A DNA stretch of 64,000 nucleotides from Tepidisphaera sp. (GTDB lineage Bacteria; Planctomycetota; Phycisphaerae; Phycisphaerales; UBA1924): assembly GCA_050916045.1 (NCBI GenBank), contig CP051526.1, forward strand, positions 2,592,001 through 2,656,000, given 5' to 3'. Below are positions 30,482 through 39,949 of this stretch, piece by piece. The first letter of the stretch is position 1. Every line of letters starts with the position of its first letter. Under the pieces are notes generated by a model, which was not told where the DNA came from, did not search any database, and was given only the letters and a program-made list of their open reading frames with translations. Position numbers and translations under genes: made by a program.

Positions 30482-31426
30482 ATGCTTCGCACCACCGGCA
30501 TCCACCACATCACCGCCATCGCAAGCGACCCGCAGCGCAACCTGGACTTCTACACCGGCGTCCTCGGCCTGCGCCTCGTCAAGCAGACCGTCAACTTCGA
30601 CGACCCCGGCACCTACCACTTCTACTTCGGTGACGAAGCCGGCTCCCCCGGCACCATCCTCACCTTCTTCCCCTGGCCGCACATCAAGCGCGGCGTCCAC
30701 GGTGCCGGCGCGGTCGCCACCACCACCTACGCCATCCCCTCGGGCTCGCTGGGCGCGTGGGCCGACCGCTTGGCTTCCCACGATGTGCCCGCAACCAAGG
30801 TCGACCGTTTCGGGCAGACCGCCCTCGCGTTCGAGGACCCCGACGGGCTCAAGCTCGAGCTCATCGAGGACCCGGCCGTCGATGCCGTCCCCGCGTGGAC
30901 CGGCGGCGGCGTCGGAAACGACCTGGCCATCCGCGGCTTCCACTCGGCGACGCTCCTCGTCCGCGACCTTTCGCGGATGGAGAAGGTCCTCGCCGGGGCC
31001 TTCGGCATGGAGAAGGTCGCGACCGAAGGGAACCGCACCCGCTTCCGCGCCATCGGTGAGGGCGCGAGCCCGATCGGCCGCTTCGTCGACGTGATCGCCG
31101 ACCCGACCGCGTCGATCCACAAGCTCGGCGGCGGCATCGTCCACCACATCGCGATGCGGGCTTCCTCCGAATCACAGCAAGCCGAGTGGGCGAAGACGAT
31201 GATCCAGACGGGCCTGCGGCCCACGCCCGTCGCCGACCGGTTCTACTTCCGCTCCATCTACTTCCGCGAGCCGCAGGGCGTCCTGTTTGAAATCGCGACC
31301 GACGGACCCGGCTTCGCCACCGATGAGCCCCTCGACCGCCTCGGCGAAACGCTCAAGCTTCCCGCTCAGGAACACCTCCGCGACCGGATCGAGAGCGTGC
31401 TGCCCCGGGTCGTCGTCCGAACCTGA
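30482..31426 (+). CDS. Ring-cleaving dioxygenase / glyoxalase (MhqO-like)
   Basis: GIHHITAI, VKQTVNFDDP.TYHFYFGD, HHIA, DRFYFRSIYFREP, FEIATDGPGF. Confidence 0.92.
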   Translation: MLRTTGIHHITAIASDPQRNLDFYTGVLGLRLVKQTVNFDDPGTYHFYFGDEAGSPGTILTFFPWPHIKRGVHGAGAVATTTYAIPSGSLGAWADRLASHDVPATKVDRFGQTALAFEDPDGLKLELIEDPAVDAVPAWTGGGVGNDLAIRGFHSATLLVRDLSRMEKVLAGAFGMEKVATEGNRTRFRAIGEGASPIGRFVDVIADPTASIHKLGGGIVHHIAMRASSESQQAEWAKTMIQTGLRPTPVADRFYFRSIYFREPQGVLFEIATDGPGFATDEPLDRLGETLKLPAQEHLRDRIESVLPRVVVRT

Positions 31427-31486
31427 TCTCCCCTCCGGCGTCCCGGGCTCGCAGGAGCCCGGACGCCTTTCGAGTGAGAACCCGCC

Positions 31487-32104
31487 ATGTCAGACCTGTC
31501 CATCCACGCCCACGTCTTTGAGCCCAGCGAGCAACCCTCGACGTCCGCCCTGCTTCTGCTTCACGGCACCGGCGGCGACGAAAGTGACCTACTCCCGTTG
31601 GGCCGCCGCGTCGCTCCGGGCCGCTCCTTGCTCAGCCCACGCGGCAACGTCGATGAGCACGGCGCCCTGCGGTTCTTCCGCCGCTTGGCCGAAGGCGTCT
31701 TCGACCTCAAGGACCTCGCCGCCCGCGTCGCCGACCTGTCGAAGTGGCTCGCGACCGCCAAGAAGCGGTACGAGATCCAGACCTTGGACGCCCTGGGCTT
31801 CAGCAACGGCGCCAACACGATCGCGGCTCTGCTCCTGACGGTCGCGTCGCCAACACCGCTCGTCCGCAAAGCTGTCCTGCTCAGGGCGATGGTGACCGCC
31901 CCACCCGTAGTCGGCATCGATCTCTCCGGCACCTCGGTGCTGATCATCTCCGGCACCCGCGATCCGATCATCCCTCTCGAGAACGCCAAACTCCTCGCCG
32001 CACAGCCTCAGGAAGCGGGGGCCGCCGTCCGCCACGAGATCCTTCCAGCCGGCCACGAGCTCACACAAGACGACATCCGCCTCGCGAAGGCGTTCTTGAC
32101 CTGA
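31487..32104 (+). CDS. Phospholipase/carboxylesterase (MhqD-like alpha/beta hydrolase)
   Basis: LLHGTGG, GFSNGAN, D and GHEL catalytic motifs; usual partner of the dioxygenase. Confidence 0.9.
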   Translation: MSDLSIHAHVFEPSEQPSTSALLLLHGTGGDESDLLPLGRRVAPGRSLLSPRGNVDEHGALRFFRRLAEGVFDLKDLAARVADLSKWLATAKKRYEIQTLDALGFSNGANTIAALLLTVASPTPLVRKAVLLRAMVTAPPVVGIDLSGTSVLIISGTRDPIIPLENAKLLAAQPQEAGAAVRHEILPAGHELTQDDIRLAKAFLT

Positions 32105-32165
32105 TGTGACGCACATCCGCGACCACAGTGTGCGAGGGTCCGGCCTGCAGCAATCACCCCCGACC

Positions 32166-33575
32166 TCACGAACTCGCGTTCGTCGTCGCGGCCACGGATC
32201 CCGTGTTCATCAGCGGCTGCCGACATTCCGGGCACAGGCCCCGCTTCTGCGCGAGCCTCCCTCGCCATCGCCAGAACGGCCCGAACAGCCAGAGATCGAC
32301 GGACGCGATCGCAATCAGCCCGAGCAGCAAAAGCCCCAGGCCGCTCTTGTGAACCGAGAGCTTCTGCACCGTGTCGTCCGGCCTGATCCACGCGTAGGAC
32401 ATCGACGACCCGAACCCGCTCCATCGCCGTTCCCACGCTGGCCGAACCGGGATCACCGGCCCCTCTTCAGGCCTTTGGAAGAACCCAAAGGACTCAAAGT
32501 AGACCGTCGGCATCCACCCCGGATACTGACGCGAGACGCCCGTCTGGATCAAAGCCGTTGATGCGATCCAGACCCGCAGCGACTCGGAATCGTCGCCGGG
32601 GCCCGTCGCGTCCAGAATCTCTCGAGCCAGAGCGCGATCCCCTCCCGGCATCGACGCAAGATTCTCGATCTCATCACCACCGCTCGCGATCCTGCGGAAC
32701 TCCGGGAACTCAAGCGCCGGAACGGCCAGCGCGATCTGCCGAGGTGGAGAGTTCGCGAGAACGACCTCGTGGGTTCCTCCACTCCGTGCCAGAATCAAGC
32801 CGAAGACCGCCAGGGGCGCGAGCCAAGCGACCGACGCCCGCACGCGACGCGAAAGGCTCCGACCTGTCCAACCCGACACCACGCCGATCGCCTTCCACAA
32901 CGACCACACCGACAGCAGAACCACGCCCAACATCGCAAGCGGCGACGTCAAGTGATAGATGCAACTCACGTCATCTCCGCCGGCTTTCTCCGGCGGCGGC
33001 CGATGAACGACCATCGATTGCACCCAGCTCCACTCATCACGCGGCGACAACTCTGGGACCGACGAGCTTCCGAACGGATTCTCCTTCCGCCGATTCGGGT
33101 TGATCGTCGCTTGCCTGCGTCCCGTCCGCAGCACCGCGTCCTCGTAGTACGACGTCCGCGACTCGCTCACCCACCACGTCGGCCACCCGAACCACCACGC
33201 GACCGACCTCGAACCCTCACCCTCGGCGAACGACACAGAGACCCGCACCGGCCCGCCGAAACCGCCATCCCAACCTTCCTGCGCGATCTGCTTGTGCATG
33301 CTCGCCGCGAAACCAGCGCCGTCCGCCTCTCCGTTCGCGATGCGCTGCACCTGTGCCCGCGAAAATCCCGGCATGACGTACCTTGGAGACCACTCGCCCG
33401 ACGAGAAGCTGTTCGTGCTCGGAGTCACGGCGAACCACGCGAGAATCGCCACCCCGAGAACCAAGGGCGCGTACCGCCGGTAATGCCACCATGGAAGACA
33501 GATCGCACGAAACGAGGGCGTGTTCCATCCGCACTCGGTGCACATCCGATGGTCGCCCGACTTTGGCTTTCCCAT
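32166..33575 (-). CDS. Membrane protein with Cys pairs at both ends and two extracytoplasmic domains
   Basis: N-terminal CTECG, C-terminal CPECR, about four TM helices; start chosen from TATGGT box 6 nt upstream. Confidence 0.65.
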   Translation of the reverse strand: MGKPKSGDHRMCTECGWNTPSFRAICLPWWHYRRYAPLVLGVAILAWFAVTPSTNSFSSGEWSPRYVMPGFSRAQVQRIANGEADGAGFAASMHKQIAQEGWDGGFGGPVRVSVSFAEGEGSRSVAWWFGWPTWWVSESRTSYYEDAVLRTGRRQATINPNRRKENPFGSSSVPELSPRDEWSWVQSMVVHRPPPEKAGGDDVSCIYHLTSPLAMLGVVLLSVWSLWKAIGVVSGWTGRSLSRRVRASVAWLAPLAVFGLILARSGGTHEVVLANSPPRQIALAVPALEFPEFRRIASGGDEIENLASMPGGDRALAREILDATGPGDDSESLRVWIASTALIQTGVSRQYPGWMPTVYFESFGFFQRPEEGPVIPVRPAWERRWSGFGSSMSYAWIRPDDTVQKLSVHKSGLGLLLLGLIAIASVDLWLFGPFWRWRGRLAQKRGLCPECRQPLMNTGSVAATTNASS

Positions 33576-33950
33576 GCTCGTACCATACCACGTCGCGCAT
33601 CGCGATGTGCCCTGATTCACTCACTTCAACGCGTCGCTCTCGAACGATCCTCGCGAAGATCCGCCCCGCAGCTGCCACATTTCTGAGCCAGTCTCGGCGC
33701 GTGATACACCTCGGCGAGGCAAGCCCTTCATCCAACTCCAAGCAACCCGGGCGATCGAGCTTGCCGGTGTAACCACCGCCCGCGTTCGCACCGAAATCGA
33801 CTTGCGCCACGATCGCGTCCGCCGCGTCCAAACGCTCCGCCTGCGGCCTCTGGTGTCTGCCGAGATCGACCCCGCGGAGCAGCCTCCACGGGCCCGCGTT
33901 GCCAAATCTGCATCCGTGCGCACATCTCAGTAGGATGTGAATCAGTCACC

Positions 33951-34232
33951 ATGAGCATCTCCGTCGCCATGCTGAAAGCGTGTCTGTGCTTCGCGGCGAT
34001 CGTTGGCACAAGCCTCATCGGCGTGCTCGTGCAGAGCGACGCCGTGCGGCACCTGCTCTCCTTGGTCTCCACGATTTTCGCGGTGGGCATGTTCATGTCG
34101 CTTCAGGAGTGGTACAGGACCATCCGGGTTCCCGCACGCCGGCTGCGACGGGGGGAGTGCTTCGCGTGCGGGTACTCCCTTCACGGCGTCGAAGCCGGCA
34201 CGTGCCCGGAGTGCGGCACGAAGCGACCGTGA
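33951..34232 (+). CDS. Small two-TM protein with C-terminal zinc ribbon
   Basis: CFACGYSLHGV-x4-CPECG. Confidence 0.72.
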   Translation: MSISVAMLKACLCFAAIVGTSLIGVLVQSDAVRHLLSLVSTIFAVGMFMSLQEWYRTIRVPARRLRRGECFACGYSLHGVEAGTCPECGTKRP

Positions 34233-34295
34233 CCCGGGAACGTCGCCCGATCAGGTCCCAACCACTTGACCGGGGCCGTGGCCTACACTGGCCCC

Positions 34296-35642
34296 ATGCC
34301 AAGTTGGATGCCCGGGTTCATCACGCCCCAGTTCATCGTCTCCGTCATCACGCTTTTCGTCGTGGTGCACGTCATTCTGATCTCGGTCGCCTATCTGGTG
34401 ATGGCGGAGCGAAAGGTCTCCGCGTACATCCAGGACCGGATCGGCCCCAACCGGACGGGGTTTGACTTCGGGTTGCCGTTCCTTTCCTTCCTCAAGGGGT
34501 GCCTGGGTCTGGGCCAGCCGCTTGCGGACGGGATCAAGTTCCTCGTGAAGGAGGACTTCACCCCGAGCCGGGTGGACAAGATCCTGTTCACGCTCGCGCC
34601 GGCGATCGTGGTGATCCCGGCGCTGATCGGGTTTGCGGTGATCCCGTGGGGCGGGTTCTGGAACGGCGATGTCTTCGGGCTGTTCGATCTGTTCGACGGC
34701 GAGGTGGTGGTCGCGGGGGCGAACGTCAACATCGGCATCGTGTATCTGCTCGCGGTCGCGTCGCTGGGCGTGTACGGCATCACGATCGGCGGCTGGGCGA
34801 GCAACAACAAGTTCTCGTTCCTTGGCGGGATGCGAGCGACGGCCCAGATGCTGTCGTACGAGATCCCGATGGGGCTGATCATCCTGGTGGTGCTGCTGAC
34901 CGTCGGCTCGCTTCGGACGACGGACATTCTCGAGTATCAGAACGCCCACGGCTGGCTTGTCTTCGCCCATCCGCTTGCGGCGCTCATCTTCTACATCTGC
35001 ATCCTGGCGGAGTCCAACCGGGCGCCGTTCGACAACGCGGAAGCCGAGCAGGAGCTTGTCGGCGGGTACCACACCGAGTATTCCTCGATGCGGTTCGCGC
35101 TGTACTTCCTGGCGGAGTACTCGCACATCGTGACGGGCACGGCGTTCTTCGTGCTCCTCTTCTTCGGCGGGTTTGAGCCGCTCCCGTTCATGCAGGTCTG
35201 GGGGATGGAAGCGACCGGGTTCGCCGCGGTGCTGCTGAAGTTCGGAATCTTCCTCGGGAAGACGATCGCGATCATCATGCTGACGATGGTGATCCGCTGG
35301 ACGATCCCGCGTCTGCGGTACGACCAGATCATGGTGATGGGCTGGTCGGGGCTGATCCCCATCAGCCTCGTCCTGGTCATCGCGACCAGCGTCGGGATCT
35401 ACATGGGCTGGCACACGCGTCCGGGCGTGGAAGCGACCCTTCTGATGCTCGGCATCAACGTCGCGGCGCTGGTCATCTCGTTCCTGGGTCAGCCGCTCTT
35501 CCCGCGTGCCCTCTCCAACCGCCGCCTGCCGCTTTACGGGTCCAGGTTCTCGCCGGTCGAGGGTGAGCGTGTGGACACGCGGCCGACGAACGCACTGGCT
35601 CTCGAAGACCGCCCGATCCAGGGCACGGCCCCGACGACCTGA
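34296..35642 (+). CDS. nuoH: NADH-quinone oxidoreductase subunit H
   Basis: ERKVSAYIQDRIGPNR, QPLADGIK..KED, GWASNNK, RAPFD..EAEQELVGGYHTEYS, PRLRYDQ. Confidence 0.96.
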   Translation: MPSWMPGFITPQFIVSVITLFVVVHVILISVAYLVMAERKVSAYIQDRIGPNRTGFDFGLPFLSFLKGCLGLGQPLADGIKFLVKEDFTPSRVDKILFTLAPAIVVIPALIGFAVIPWGGFWNGDVFGLFDLFDGEVVVAGANVNIGIVYLLAVASLGVYGITIGGWASNNKFSFLGGMRATAQMLSYEIPMGLIILVVLLTVGSLRTTDILEYQNAHGWLVFAHPLAALIFYICILAESNRAPFDNAEAEQELVGGYHTEYSSMRFALYFLAEYSHIVTGTAFFVLLFFGGFEPLPFMQVWGMEATGFAAVLLKFGIFLGKTIAIIMLTMVIRWTIPRLRYDQIMVMGWSGLIPISLVLVIATSVGIYMGWHTRPGVEATLLMLGINVAALVISFLGQPLFPRALSNRRLPLYGSRFSPVEGERVDTRPTNALALEDRPIQGTAPTT

Positions 35643-35712
35643 GCCAAGTTTCCAACGAACTCCACGAGACGACCGCGCGAGCGGTCGTTTTCATTGGCGG
35701 ACTGACCTGTCC

Positions 35713-36288
35713 TCAGGCCTTCGGATGCGACCGAGGCGCGCTCGCGGTCGATCCGCCGCGTTCGGGAGCCAGGCTCCGGTAGTAGTAGGTGGTGCCGCAG
35801 AACGAGCCGTCGGGAAAGAGCGCGTAGCCGGGGATGTCGCCGACGCGGATCCAGCCGAGCTTGTGGTAGAGGCGGGATGCGTCGCTTTCCGTCACGGTGT
35901 CGAGGACGAGGAGGGTGCGACCTGCGAGGCGAGCGGCTTCTTCGGCGGCCCGCATCAGGGCTTCGCCCAGGCCGCGGCGTCGGGCGCGGCGGTGGACGAG
36001 CATCTTCGCGAGGTCGGCGCGGTGCGGCTGGTTGTCGGGCTGATCGAGGATCAGTTGGACGGTGCCGCAGATGCCGTGCTCATCTTCGGCGACGAGCAGG
36101 ATGCGAGTTCCGCAAGCGGCGACTTCCGCGACCCTTCGCCAGAACGCGATCGCGTGCTCCTTGCTCAGCGGGGACATGAAGCCGACCGATGCGCCTCCCG
36201 CGACGCAGTCGAGCAGAACCTCCGCGAGCGCGGCGATCTCCGGCTCGGTCGGGCTTTTGAGGCGGCGGATGGCGAGGGCTGGATGCAT
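35713..36288 (-). CDS. GNAT family N-acetyltransferase
   Basis: GGASVGF, NQPHRADLAKMLVH, RRRGLG, LLVLDT. Confidence 0.9.
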   Translation of the reverse strand: MHPALAIRRLKSPTEPEIAALAEVLLDCVAGGASVGFMSPLSKEHAIAFWRRVAEVAACGTRILLVAEDEHGICGTVQLILDQPDNQPHRADLAKMLVHRRARRRGLGEALMRAAEEAARLAGRTLLVLDTVTESDASRLYHKLGWIRVGDIPGYALFPDGSFCGTTYYYRSLAPERGGSTASAPRSHPKA

Positions 36289-36325
36289 GCGGACTCCGTG
36301 TGGGCCTAGTCTATGAAGAGCTCCC

Positions 36326-36811
36326 ATGGCCAAGAAACCCCGCAGCACGACCGCTTCCAAAGCCGCGACAGGCAAAAGCATACTGCCGCGAACGGCCGCT
36401 CCGAAATTGCTCGCGGGAGGGAACCCGCAGATCGCCAAGGGTCTTGGCGAAGAGCCCGTCCAGGCATATCTGGCCGCGATGCCTGGCTGGAAGCAGGCGG
36501 TGGGTCGTCTCGTTGATCGGCTTGTGGGCAAAGCCGTGCCGGGAGTTCGCAAGGCCGTGAAGTGGAACTCGCCGCTGTATGGCTCGCCGGACGAGGAGGG
36601 GACGTGGTTCATGAGCATGCACTGCTTTGACAAGTACGTCAAGATCGCGTTCTTCCGGGGGGCGATGCTGACGCCGATTCCGCCGGGAGCTTCGAAGCAG
36701 CGGGACGTTCGGTACCTTGATGTGCATGAAGAATATCTTAGGTCGCTGGATGAAGAACTCTTCATATCGTGGGTGCAACAAGCATCGCGACTTCCGGGCG
36801 AATGTATGTGA
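36326..36811 (+). CDS. DUF1801 domain protein
   Basis: GGNPQIAKG, KAVKWNSPLYG, WVQQASRLPG. Confidence 0.85.
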   Translation: MAKKPRSTTASKAATGKSILPRTAAPKLLAGGNPQIAKGLGEEPVQAYLAAMPGWKQAVGRLVDRLVGKAVPGVRKAVKWNSPLYGSPDEEGTWFMSMHCFDKYVKIAFFRGAMLTPIPPGASKQRDVRYLDVHEEYLRSLDEELFISWVQQASRLPGECM

Positions 36812-36843
36812 CTCGCGTCGCTTCTTCGTGTAGGATGTTCTCC

Positions 36844-37368
36844 ATGGAGAAAGCAACAACGCGAGTGAAGAGAACGGTCGCGGGCATGAAGCGACCCGGC
36901 CCTCGGGCCTCTGATTCGCGCAAGGCCGCGGCGGGGTCGGAGATCGACGAGCGGATCATTCAGCTTGCGGACTGGCGGGGTGAGCTTCTCGCCAAGCTTC
37001 GCATCCTCATCAGGGAGGTCGATCCCTCGATCCGCGAGGATGTGAAGTGGCGCAAGCCTTCGAACGGCATGACGGGGGTTCCGGTCTGGTCCCTCGACGG
37101 GATCGTGTGCACCGGCGAGACGTATCGGAACTTCGTGAAGGTCACGTTTCCGAAGGGAGCGTCGATCAAGGATCCGGCAGGGCTTTTCAACGCGAGCACG
37201 GAGGGCGGAACGCGGCGTGCGATCGATCTTCACGAGGGCGACTTCATCAATGAAGCGGCCTTCCGGGATCTGATCAAGGCGGCGCTCACGCTCAATCAAC
37301 GCCGATCGGGCGGGACGCGGCGTGGCTCGAGGGTGAAGCGTGCGGCCGCGGGTCGCCGGCGGAAGTGA
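36844..37368 (+). CDS. DUF1801 domain protein
   Basis: DWRGE, VKWRKPSN.M.GVPVWS, LFNAS.EG.TRRAID. Confidence 0.85.
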   Translation: MEKATTRVKRTVAGMKRPGPRASDSRKAAAGSEIDERIIQLADWRGELLAKLRILIREVDPSIREDVKWRKPSNGMTGVPVWSLDGIVCTGETYRNFVKVTFPKGASIKDPAGLFNASTEGGTRRAIDLHEGDFINEAAFRDLIKAALTLNQRRSGGTRRGSRVKRAAAGRRRK

Positions 37369-37377
37369 CCGGGAGAA

Positions 37378-39876
37378 TCAGACTCGGCCGCCGATGGCGG
37401 GGTCGCTTTGGCTCCACGCTCCGGTCTCGAGGCGTCCGGCGAATCGACGCGAGAAGGGGCCGTCGGTCGAGATGGAGAGGTCGTACCAGCGGTGGCTTGT
37501 GGAGGTTGACATCCGCGTCTGGACCGAGCCCGTGGCGGGGACCGTGGCGTTGGACGGCGGATTGCCATAGGAAAGATCGCGGAGCGAGAGGCTTTGCTCG
37601 CGGTCTTCTCGTGAGCGGATGACGACTTCCGCGTCGGCGGTCTGGGCTCCGCGGGGCGGAGCGGCGAGCTGAACATCAAGTCGCGGATCGTTGGCGTCGC
37701 CGGTGAATTCCCACAGGAAGCCGTTGGGACCGTGGACGCGGATCCGGTACTGGCCATCGGCGAAGTCGGCGAGCTTCCAGCGGTCTTCGACGGAGTGGCC
37801 GGGCTCGACGGCGTAGTTGCGGCACGCGAAGGCGCCCGGTCCGGCGTTGGCGTAGGCGGTGAAGGGCGAGCCGGCGGCACGCTCGCCGAAGAGGGCGTTG
37901 CGGGCTTCGAGCTTAAGGATGAGTTCGTCGCGGGCGTCGCTCAGCGTGAGGCTAGCGAAGAGCTCGTACGGGAGCGGGCAGGAGGGGCGGGTGCCGGGCT
38001 CCTGCGAGGGAAGGAGCGGTGAGCGTGCGGCGTCGCGGCGGATAGACTCGACCTCGGACTCGCCGAGCTCGCGAAAGCCTGAGGGTATCTCGGCGAACTG
38101 GGCTCGATGGATCTGGGCGAGGAATTGCTCGCGTTCGAGCGGCTGGAGCTTGGGAGCCGAGTTGTCGGCGGCGCGGAACGCGGAAGTGAGGTCGCCGCAG
38201 ACGGTGCGACGCCAGCGGTTGATGTTGGGCTCGTGGACGCGAGACCCGGTCTTGCGCGAGAGGAACGTCTCGAGGAAGCGGAGCACCGAGGTGTGGTCGA
38301 AGACTTCGGAGCAGACGGCGCCGCCGCGGCTCCACGGTGAAGCGATGACCATGGGGACGCGATAGCCAAGGCCGATCGAGCTGTTCCGCGGCTGGCTTGG
38401 GTGCCACCGCCGGTCGCTTTCGAGGGGGATGAACTCCAAGCCCGCATCGATGCCGCCGGAGACACGGCCGGATGAGGGATCGGCCGGGTCGGGAGCGACG
38501 AACGGGGGGACGTGGTCGAAGTAGCCGTCGTTCTCGTCGTAGGTCAGGATGAAGATCGTCTTTTTCCAGGCCTCGGGGTTCTTGGTGAGGATGTCGAGCA
38601 CTTCGGAGAGGTACCACGCGCCGTACCACGCCGAATCGGGATGGTCGGAGAACTGCTGGGAAGGCACGAGCCACGAAACAGCGGGAAGCTTGCCTTCGGC
38701 GACGTCCTTTCGGAACTGGTGGAGCATGTCGCCCTTGGGGACCTTCATCCGGCGCTCGCGGTCGCCATCGCGGTAGGTGAGTTCCTCGAGCTCGCGGAAA
38801 TCGGGGTCGGCGGAGTTGATGGTGAACGCTCGTTCGTGGAGGCGGCGGGTGCGTTCGGGGAGAGCTTCGAAGCGTTCTCTTGAGAACTCGGAGCGCTCGG
38901 CTTGATAGCGGGCGTGGGTGCGTTCGAGCGAAGCGATGCGTTTCTTGATGGCGGGGAGTTTGTCCTCAGGGGCTTTCTCGGCTTGGGCGTTGAGGTCGGC
39001 GAGTTCGCCGGGGATCTCGCTGAGTCGCTTGAGGACGAATGCGTGGTGCGCGGGGGCGAAGCGGACGCCGAACTGGGCGAAGTACTCGATGGGGTTGTCG
39101 CCGAAGTTGGCGAGCCACGATTCGTGATCGGGTTCGAGGCCGGATTCGATGGTGAGTTCGTTCTGGTAGATGCGCCAGGGGACGCCGAGATCTTCGAGGC
39201 GTTCGGGGAAGGTCGTCCAGTTCACCCAGTTGCCGTAGTCGGCGTCCTGATTCAGCAAGCAGGGGAAAGCGTCCGCCGAGGGCGTGGCGCGGATGGTGCC
39301 GGACCAGAGGTGGAGGCGGTTGGGCGTCGTGCCGGTCAGGCAGGAGCAGAAGTTCTGGTCGCAGACGGTGAACGCGTCGGCGAGGGCGTAGTAGAACGGG
39401 ATGTCCTCGCGCGTGTAGTAGCCGAGGGTGAGGGGCATGCCCGCGAAGGCTTTCTCGCCGGAACCCTTCACGTGAAGCCAGCGGTCATAGCGGCCGTTGT
39501 TCCGGGCGTCGACCTGGTCGCCCCATGAGTGCGGAAGGCAGCCCATCCACGTCGAACGCGTGTCCTTGATGTTGAGGCGGAAGGGCAGAAATCGTTTGCC
39601 GGCGCGGTCCTGCTGCGCCCAGACGGGGCAGCCGTCGGGAAGCGGGATGGCTCGCGGATCTCCGAAACCGCGGACTCCGCGGAGGGTTCCGAAGGTGTGG
39701 TCGAACGAGCGGTTCTCCTGCATGAGGATCACGACGTGCTCGGCGTCGAGGAAACTCGAGCCGGGCTCGGGTTCGATCGCCATGGCGCGTTTGACGGAAT
39801 CCGGGAAAGCTCCCATGACTCCGGCTCCGGAGAGCAGGGCGGCGTACTTCATGAACTCGCGGCGAGGGATGGGCAT
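37378..39876 (-). CDS. Tat-exported phosphocholine-specific phospholipase C (phosphoesterase family)
   Basis: PRREFM Tat motif, HVVILMQENRSFDH, GTTPNR, YDENDGYFDHV, GYRVP, FDHTS. Confidence 0.92.
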   Translation of the reverse strand: MPIPRREFMKYAALLSGAGVMGAFPDSVKRAMAIEPEPGSSFLDAEHVVILMQENRSFDHTFGTLRGVRGFGDPRAIPLPDGCPVWAQQDRAGKRFLPFRLNIKDTRSTWMGCLPHSWGDQVDARNNGRYDRWLHVKGSGEKAFAGMPLTLGYYTREDIPFYYALADAFTVCDQNFCSCLTGTTPNRLHLWSGTIRATPSADAFPCLLNQDADYGNWVNWTTFPERLEDLGVPWRIYQNELTIESGLEPDHESWLANFGDNPIEYFAQFGVRFAPAHHAFVLKRLSEIPGELADLNAQAEKAPEDKLPAIKKRIASLERTHARYQAERSEFSRERFEALPERTRRLHERAFTINSADPDFRELEELTYRDGDRERRMKVPKGDMLHQFRKDVAEGKLPAVSWLVPSQQFSDHPDSAWYGAWYLSEVLDILTKNPEAWKKTIFILTYDENDGYFDHVPPFVAPDPADPSSGRVSGGIDAGLEFIPLESDRRWHPSQPRNSSIGLGYRVPMVIASPWSRGGAVCSEVFDHTSVLRFLETFLSRKTGSRVHEPNINRWRRTVCGDLTSAFRAADNSAPKLQPLEREQFLAQIHRAQFAEIPSGFRELGESEVESIRRDAARSPLLPSQEPGTRPSCPLPYELFASLTLSDARDELILKLEARNALFGERAAGSPFTAYANAGPGAFACRNYAVEPGHSVEDRWKLADFADGQYRIRVHGPNGFLWEFTGDANDPRLDVQLAAPPRGAQTADAEVVIRSREDREQSLSLRDLSYGNPPSNATVPATGSVQTRMSTSTSHRWYDLSISTDGPFSRRFAGRLETGAWSQSDPAIGGRV

Positions 39877-39949
39877 GGGCGTAATCCTCGGACGTGTGGA
39901 GGCGCAGCATACCGCGTGCGAGGGGCGCGAGGAGCGGGTTTGGAGCGGC

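Noticed and set aside
32103..32117. GATGTG-ACG-CACATC palindrome as a recombination site paired with CACATC...GATGTG at 33921
   Set aside because: Only 6-bp arms with different arrangement; compatible with chance
33915..33942. Confident dif site
   Set aside because: Spacer length does not fit the 11-6-11 layout, the inner TAA/TTA bases are missing, and TAGGAT may simply be the -10 box of the next gene; kept only as a candidate
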